DNA of 20,000 nucleotides, taken from the IMG/VR virus record IMGVR_UViG_3300042695_001232; one strand, written 5' to 3'. Positions 14,747 through 20,000 of this stretch are shown piece by piece. The number at the start of each line of letters is the position of its first letter. The first letter of the stretch is position 1. Under the pieces are notes generated by a model that searched no databases, was not told the origin of the DNA, and worked only from the letters and a program-made list of their open reading frames with translations. The DNA comes from an uncultured virus (IMG/VR IMGVR_UViG_3300042695_001232). Lineage: Duplodnaviria > Heunggongvirae > Uroviricota > Caudoviricetes. The translations under genes and the position numbers were made by a program.

Positions 14747-17179
14747 TTATTTAGCCAATGACTTAGTTGTAAAAATTTTGATATAACTATGCAAATCAGA
14801 TAATGATCCAATTGTTTTAAATTGATGCAAATGATTATTATTAATCACATACACATCCACATTCTTTTTGCTAGACTTGTAATACGGACTCATGCCAATA
14901 TAAGGAGTATCACCAATAACCAAACCAAGAACGGATTCATGGTTATCAACCAAATACTTGTGAGCCTGACGAACACTCTGAACAAACTCTTCAGACTTTA
15001 CATTCAATTGAACATTCTTAATTACCACATTTATATTGTTGTTATAATTAAACAAATTGTTCACCACATCAATCTCAGAACTTTGAATGTAATTACGATA
15101 AACACATTTATGCGCACTTAGTTCTGATAAATCATTAAACAAAATATCGTTTGGATTAACATGGTGTATATTAATCGTGTTCGACGCATTCACTGCCGAA
15201 CGAGGCATCAATGTAAACTTACCATTGTCTCGTATCTGATTAATATCACTAAATTCAATGTTCCTTCTATCAATAACCTTCAAATCAGAATTATATTCTT
15301 CCAACATAACAAGGTATTTACTTCCAGTCTTATATTTGACCGGTTGATAAAAAATACCATTCATTAACTGTTGATAAGCAACTTTTAATACTATCTTGTT
15401 ATCTTCATATACTCTGATACTCACCGACTTGTTATCAACTACATTATTAGAACTCTTCCAAATATAAAAACTAGACAAATCATCGTTTGGTACCACTGAG
15501 AAATATTCTACCCTAGAAAACGCATTCAAAGAACTATTCGGAAATATCTTCTCTTCCTTGTCTTTAGTCAAAGTAAAACTGCTCAAATCATTCTTTAATA
15601 CATTATAAACATAATTCTCCAAACCATTCGACGGAGAATTATATTTCACAAGACTAGCATTATACTCACTCTCAGTATCAACCCTCTCAAACTTTTCTAT
15701 GAAATAATCATTGTCAATTACAAAAAATACAGTTTTTAACGTGTCTCCTTCACCCATAACTTCATGGATAAAATACCCCTTGCTCTTAGACACTTCCAAA
15801 TCATTAACAATAGTACCAATTACACTCAAATCACCGCCACTCAATACTATATCATAATTCAAACATACACTGTACTTATAACCCAACTCCTTAGACTTAC
15901 GTATACCATTCTGATAATTGGTCCAAACAGCCAACCCATGATAATTATCATTGTCGTTCTTCTTCAAATTCAAATCAAAGTCAAACACATTATCACGATA
16001 CCAATACTTACAATAAAAATTATGCTTGATTATAGGATTACTAACATCATACACAACACTATTAGCTATAGTGTTAAACTTCTCATAATCAGAATGATGG
16101 GTCGTCAATATAGTCTCCGAATCACTCAAAGCATTCAAACACTGTACTGTAGTATCAAATTCAACAGATGTCGTTGGATACGTCGAAACAACATAAGCAT
16201 AGTTACGCTTTTTATTCTGAATATTCAAACACGACTTGATCTTTTTAACATTGTCATTCAAATCATTCGACAAATAAGAAATATTTGAATATCTGTTATA
16301 CATGTTCAAATATACAGGCAAATTATATATCAACGATGGTATCTTATAACTAATCGCCTCTCGTATTACAATCGGACTAGTCTCTTTATCATTCTCACTT
16401 CCACGACTCGTAAACAAAAACAAATCCATACAACTGTAAAACGTATCAACATCATTACGTTCACCCCACGCCTTACAGTTCTTTGGCAAATTCTTAAGCA
16501 ACGGTGACCAATATGATTCAAAATTTCCAGCGGTGTTTCCAACAAAATGAAACTGCACCGGACAATCTAACATCTTATTAGCATATTCAATAATTTCACC
16601 CTGATTCTTACGACGCGACCACAAACCAACATTAACAATATGCAACAACGACGGATCCAATCCCAACTTTCTAAGAACTTCATCACGATTGCTCGCCTTA
16701 TCCTTAATGTATATTGGATACTCAATTACATGTGAAGGTACATTAAGTACACTCAATGCATTTTTTTGATAGTTGCTAACAAATACAAACCGATCCGGAA
16801 AAAATCGCTTGTTAGCAGAATTAAAACTGCTGTCGTGGGATGTCTCAACAATATGATACTTACGTTCATTGTTATACACCTTCGCAGTAACATCATCCGA
16901 CATAAAATACTCTGGCATCTCCTCCAAATGTATTATGTCCGGTTGAATATCATCTATAATCGATAACAATTGATGCTTGTTATCTCCCAATACATGATAA
17001 CAATCACCAAGCAGTTCACGTACTTGAGTCTTTTGTACTATGAACCACTCACCGTAATTGTTATACTCAACACAATATAACTTATGTGTATCTTTTAATA
17101 CATTCAGTTTCTTCAAAAGATACTGCGGACACCCCCCAGTAGATAAATGAGGAGTGATATATAAAATTTTATAACTCAT
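14747..17179 (-). CDS. Multi-domain glycosyltransferase, about 810 aa: N-terminal GT4 domain plus uncharacterised, possibly GT-like, domains
   Basis: MSYKILYITPHLSTGGCPQY, PDIIH.EE, ETSH, NVGLWSRRKNQ, FHFVGN, WGERNDV..FY...DLFLFTS...E.SPIVIREA. Likely ATG at 17179 rather than the GTG at 17206; its stop is 2 nt from the next gene's ATG. Confidence 0.82.
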   Translation of the reverse strand: MSYKILYITPHLSTGGCPQYLLKKLNVLKDTHKLYCVEYNNYGEWFIVQKTQVRELLGDCYHVLGDNKHQLLSIIDDIQPDIIHLEEMPEYFMSDDVTAKVYNNERKYHIVETSHDSSFNSANKRFFPDRFVFVSNYQKNALSVLNVPSHVIEYPIYIKDKASNRDEVLRKLGLDPSLLHIVNVGLWSRRKNQGEIIEYANKMLDCPVQFHFVGNTAGNFESYWSPLLKNLPKNCKAWGERNDVDTFYSCMDLFLFTSRGSENDKETSPIVIREAISYKIPSLIYNLPVYLNMYNRYSNISYLSNDLNDNVKKIKSCLNIQNKKRNYAYVVSTYPTTSVEFDTTVQCLNALSDSETILTTHHSDYEKFNTIANSVVYDVSNPIIKHNFYCKYWYRDNVFDFDLNLKKNDNDNYHGLAVWTNYQNGIRKSKELGYKYSVCLNYDIVLSGGDLSVIGTIVNDLEVSKSKGYFIHEVMGEGDTLKTVFFVIDNDYFIEKFERVDTESEYNASLVKYNSPSNGLENYVYNVLKNDLSSFTLTKDKEEKIFPNSSLNAFSRVEYFSVVPNDDLSSFYIWKSSNNVVDNKSVSIRVYEDNKIVLKVAYQQLMNGIFYQPVKYKTGSKYLVMLEEYNSDLKVIDRRNIEFSDINQIRDNGKFTLMPRSAVNASNTINIHHVNPNDILFNDLSELSAHKCVYRNYIQSSEIDVVNNLFNYNNNINVVIKNVQLNVKSEEFVQSVRQAHKYLVDNHESVLGLVIGDTPYIGMSPYYKSSKKNVDVYVINNNHLHQFKTIGSLSDLHSYIKIFTTKSLAK

Positions 17180-17238
17180 TATATTAAAATAGTGATCAAT
17201 GACCACTAAAATTTATTTTAATTTTTCAATCGTTATTC

Positions 17239-20000
17239 TCAGGTAAATATTGGACTGTACGACCATCCATTTGTTGAGTCATAAACGTACAAACGTTTTT
17301 CATCGGCATCCCAATACATAGCAGCACGGTTGGCTGTCAAAGTAAGAGCTTGACCATCATTGAGGAGATCGCCCGTTGGTGCACCTGCATCACATGGAAT
17401 CCAAACAAACCCATATGTCATAGCGGCGAAACCGGTAGTTGCACTGTACAAATCACCCAAGGACTCTGCCCAAAGAGATCCAGTGATTGCCTTGCCACTG
17501 GTGTCATCCCACTTGACTAAGTAGTCTTGGAAACCACTTGCTTGTCCAGTTACGTCACCACCACCACCAGCGCCTGGTGCACCTTGTGCACCCGATGTAC
17601 CCGAGGTTCCACTTGTACCTGAAGTACCTGAAGTACCTGAAGTACCAGATGTTCCACTTGTACCGTTTCTACCCGATGTACCCGAGGTTCCACTTGTACC
17701 AGATGTACCAGCGGCACCCGATGTACCGGTTGTACCAGATGAACCACTGCCACCCGGAGAACCCGCACCTGATGTACCAGATGTACCGCTTGGACCTTGT
17801 GCACCCGAAGTACCTGACGTACCCGATGTACCCGAAGTACCACTTGTACCTGATGTACCCGAAGTACCTGACGTACCCGAAGTACCACTTGTACCACTTG
17901 TACCACTTGTACCTGATGTACCAGTTGTACCCGATGTACCGTTTCTACCTGATGTACCACTTGTACCTGATGTACCTGAAGTACCACTTGTACCACTTGT
18001 ACCCGAGGTTCCACTTGCACCTTGTACACCCGAAGTACCCGAAGTACCAGCTGCCCCAGCTCCTCCAGATTCACCAGAGAAACTAAATGTCAAATTCTGA
18101 ACAGTACCCCATGTATTATCTCCATTACCAGATCCAAGACCAGTGATACCGAAAACCCAATATCTTTTCAAATTAAAATAAGCAGCACTAGTAATTTTAT
18201 AGATCTGCCATGTTGTAGGATCATCTTTTGCTGTTACTGTAACGACTGCTTTTGTAGGATTATTAACGTTATTTATTGTATTAAATAAGTCAAAATAATT
18301 ATTTCCCGGAGCAACAAATGGATATGAGTATTCTGATATATACAAACTTCCACTGACGGCACCGGCTGAACCACTAGCCACAGTTGTTACGTTTGGAGCG
18401 GAATCACGAATGTTTGTATCGTACAACCACTGTATAACGTTAGACGCGTTCTGACCTGCTGCACCCGATGTACCACTTGTACCTGATGTACCTGATGTAC
18501 CCGATGTACCCGATGTACCCGATGTACCCGATGTACCCGATGTACCACTTGTACCTGATGTACCACTTGTACCCGATGTACCACTTGTACCTGATGTACC
18601 TGAGGTTCCACTTGTACCTGAGGTTCCACTTGTACCCGATGTACCCGATGTACCCGATGTACCCGATGTACCCGATGTACCCGATGTACCCGATGTACCC
18701 GATGTACCCGATGTACCCGATGTACCCGATGTACCACTTGCACCATTTGCTGTCCATGTCATAACCAATCGATCAGCGGGTTCAGCAAGATTGTCGGTGA
18801 ATGGATCAATCGATGATGACATAACTGGAGTACCAGTTATTTGGAAACCTACAAACGGACTAGATGCAAACTCTTGTACGGATGTAACTTTAGTGATTAC
18901 GAATCTACTAGAACTGAAAGCGTGACTGACTCTTAAATATCCAGGCACAGATGCCGATACAGATTGCCACCATTTTGTTACATTCGTCGTTGGTGTTATA
19001 CTAAAATCACCTGGCGGATATAAAGTCATTGATCTGTAATCAACGTTAATAACACTACCGAACGAAGCAGTTGGGAAACATGCTTCTGCTGCGAAGACTG
19101 GATAATAATCTGGATCCTTAGCTACGCTTGCGTATCTATACAATACTGAATTACCGCCAAACATTCCTACTTGACCATCTATACCGGAAGTTCCACTTGT
19201 ACCCGATGTACCACTTGTACCCGAGGTTCCACTTGTACCCGATGTACCCGATGTACCACTTGTACCTGATGTACCACTTGTACCACTTGTACCCGATGTA
19301 CCACTTGTACCCGAGGTTCCACTTGTACCCGATGTACCAGAAGTACCTGACGTACCTGATGTACCTGATGTACCACTTGTACCCGATGTACCATCTCTAC
19401 CTGAAGTACCTGAAGTACCTGATGTACCTGATGTACCCGAGGTTCCACTTGTGCCTGATGTACCCGAAGTACCACTTGTGCCTGATGTACCCGATGTACC
19501 CGATGTACCCGATGTACCAGTTGTACCTGACGTACCACTTGTACCTGATGTACCAGTTGTGCCGGATGTACCACTTGTACCCGATGTACCATCTCTACCT
19601 GAAGTACCTGAAGTACCTGAAGTACCTGATGTACCCGAAGTACCTGACGTACCTGACGTACCTGATGTACCTGACGTACCACTTGTGCCCGATGTACCCG
19701 AAGTACCTGATGTACCAGTTGTACCTGATGTACCCGAAGTACCTGATGTACCCGAAGTACCTGATGTACCGGTTGTGCCGGATGTACCACTTGTACCCGA
19801 TGTACCATCTCTACCTGAAGTACCTGAAGTACCTGAAGTACCTGATGTACCTGATGTACCCGAAGTACCTGACGTACCTGATGTACCTGACGTACCTGAA
19901 GTACCACTTGTGCCCGATGTACCCGAAGTACCTGATGTACCAGTTGTACCTGATGTACCCGAAGTACCTGATGTACCAGTTGTGCCGGATGTACCACTTG
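17239..20000 (-). CDS. Giant (Gly-Thr-Ser)n collagen-like fibre/virion surface protein, more than 919 aa, 5' end beyond the window
   Basis: The track's start at 19164 is an internal Met. The frame continues upstream (...TSGTSGIDGQVGMFGG...) through the GTS repeats to the window edge. Three repeat blocks alternate with beta-rich domains, and the C-terminus is tail-fibre-like (YLVKW, AMYWD...RLYVYD...W). Confidence 0.85.
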   Translation of the reverse strand, partial: SGTSGTTGTSGTSGTSGTTGTSGTSGTSGTSGTSGTSGTSGTSGTSGTSGTSGTSGTSGTSGRDGTSGTSGTSGTTGTSGTSGTSGTSGTSGTTGTSGTSGTSGTSGTSGTSGTSGTSGTSGTSGTSGTSGTSGRDGTSGTSGTSGTTGTSGTSGTSGTTGTSGTSGTSGTSGTSGTSGTSGTSGTSGTSGTSGTSGTSGRDGTSGTSGTSGTSGTSGTSGTSGTSGTSGTSGTSGTSGTSGTSGTSGTSGTSGTSGTSGTSGTSGTSGTSGIDGQVGMFGGNSVLYRYASVAKDPDYYPVFAAEACFPTASFGSVINVDYRSMTLYPPGDFSITPTTNVTKWWQSVSASVPGYLRVSHAFSSSRFVITKVTSVQEFASSPFVGFQITGTPVMSSSIDPFTDNLAEPADRLVMTWTANGASGTSGTSGTSGTSGTSGTSGTSGTSGTSGTSGTSGTSGTSGTSGTSGTSGTSGTSGTSGTSGTSGTSGTSGTSGTSGTSGTSGTSGTSGTSGAAGQNASNVIQWLYDTNIRDSAPNVTTVASGSAGAVSGSLYISEYSYPFVAPGNNYFDLFNTINNVNNPTKAVVTVTAKDDPTTWQIYKITSAAYFNLKRYWVFGITGLGSGNGDNTWGTVQNLTFSFSGESGGAGAAGTSGTSGVQGASGTSGTSGTSGTSGTSGTSGTSGRNGTSGTTGTSGTSGTSGTSGTSGTSGTSGTSGTSGTSGTSGTSGTSGAQGPSGTSGTSGAGSPGGSGSSGTTGTSGAAGTSGTSGTSGTSGRNGTSGTSGTSGTSGTSGTSGTSGTSGAQGAPGAGGGGDVTGQASGFQDYLVKWDDTSGKAITGSLWAESLGDLYSATTGFAAMTYGFVWIPCDAGAPTGDLLNDGQALTLTANRAAMYWDADEKRLYVYDSTNGWSYSPIFT
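17590..18047 (-). repeat. GTS repeat block C (about 50 Gly-X-Y triplets with interruptions)
   Basis: Degenerate 9-bp tandem units (GATGTACC[C/T/A], CTTGTACC, GAAGTACC on the + strand). Confidence 0.95.
18464..18741 (-). repeat. GTS repeat block B (about 30 uninterrupted triplets)
   Basis: 9-bp tandem array including 11 perfect copies of TGTACCCGA at 18631-18729. Confidence 0.95.
19184..20000 (-). repeat. GTS repeat block A (about 90 triplets, continues past the window) with higher-order units of about 200 bp
   Basis: 9-bp units; marker CCATCTCTAC at 19391, 19589 and 19805; marker TGTGCCGGAT at 19558, 19774 and 19981. Confidence 0.95.

Noticed and set aside
970..16966. Plus-strand ORFs (e.g. 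970..1614, 8319..8642, 15764..16288) and short nested minus-strand ORFs
   Set aside because: All overlap well-supported minus-strand genes and have no recognisable motifs.
546..17241. No gene ends in TAG, suggesting possible stop-codon reassignment
   Set aside because: All long genes are intact in the standard code with no in-frame TAG or TGA breaks; TAA bias is expected in AT-rich DNA.
17538..19997. Long alternative-frame ORFs (VHQV/VHRV, YIG and MYP repeats), including 19179..19997
   Set aside because: They are shadows of the 9-bp GTS repeat, which lacks stops in several frames; variation is synonymous only in the GTS frame.
17590..20000. Possible CRISPR array
   Set aside because: Contiguous 9-bp coding units with no unique spacers, and no cas genes in the window.

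Overview
A 20-kb piece of a large T4-like (contractile-tailed, probably jumbo) phage genome, with every credible gene on the minus strand. In transcription order (right to left): a giant (Gly-Thr-Ser)n collagen-like fibre gene that runs off the window end; two multi-domain glycosyltransferases, one a GT4 fused to an Aah/TibC-type protein O-heptosyltransferase with its 4-Cys iron motif; a decayed heptosyltransferase remnant; an oversized tail sheath; an AT-rich free-standing endonuclease bracketed by near-identical hairpins; a small ORF; a HAD nucleotidase; a pol-beta nucleotidyltransferase; the tail tube; a small coiled-coil protein; a gp26-like tail/hub chaperone with a start-less +1-frame extension behind a U7 run (candidate programmed frameshift); the tape measure; and a truncated baseplate-region gene. 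A TATTTATA motif precedes most genes. The strongest lead is a phage-encoded protein O-glycosylation system next to its probable Ser/Thr-rich virion substrates. All functional calls come from motif recognition by eye, not database searches.
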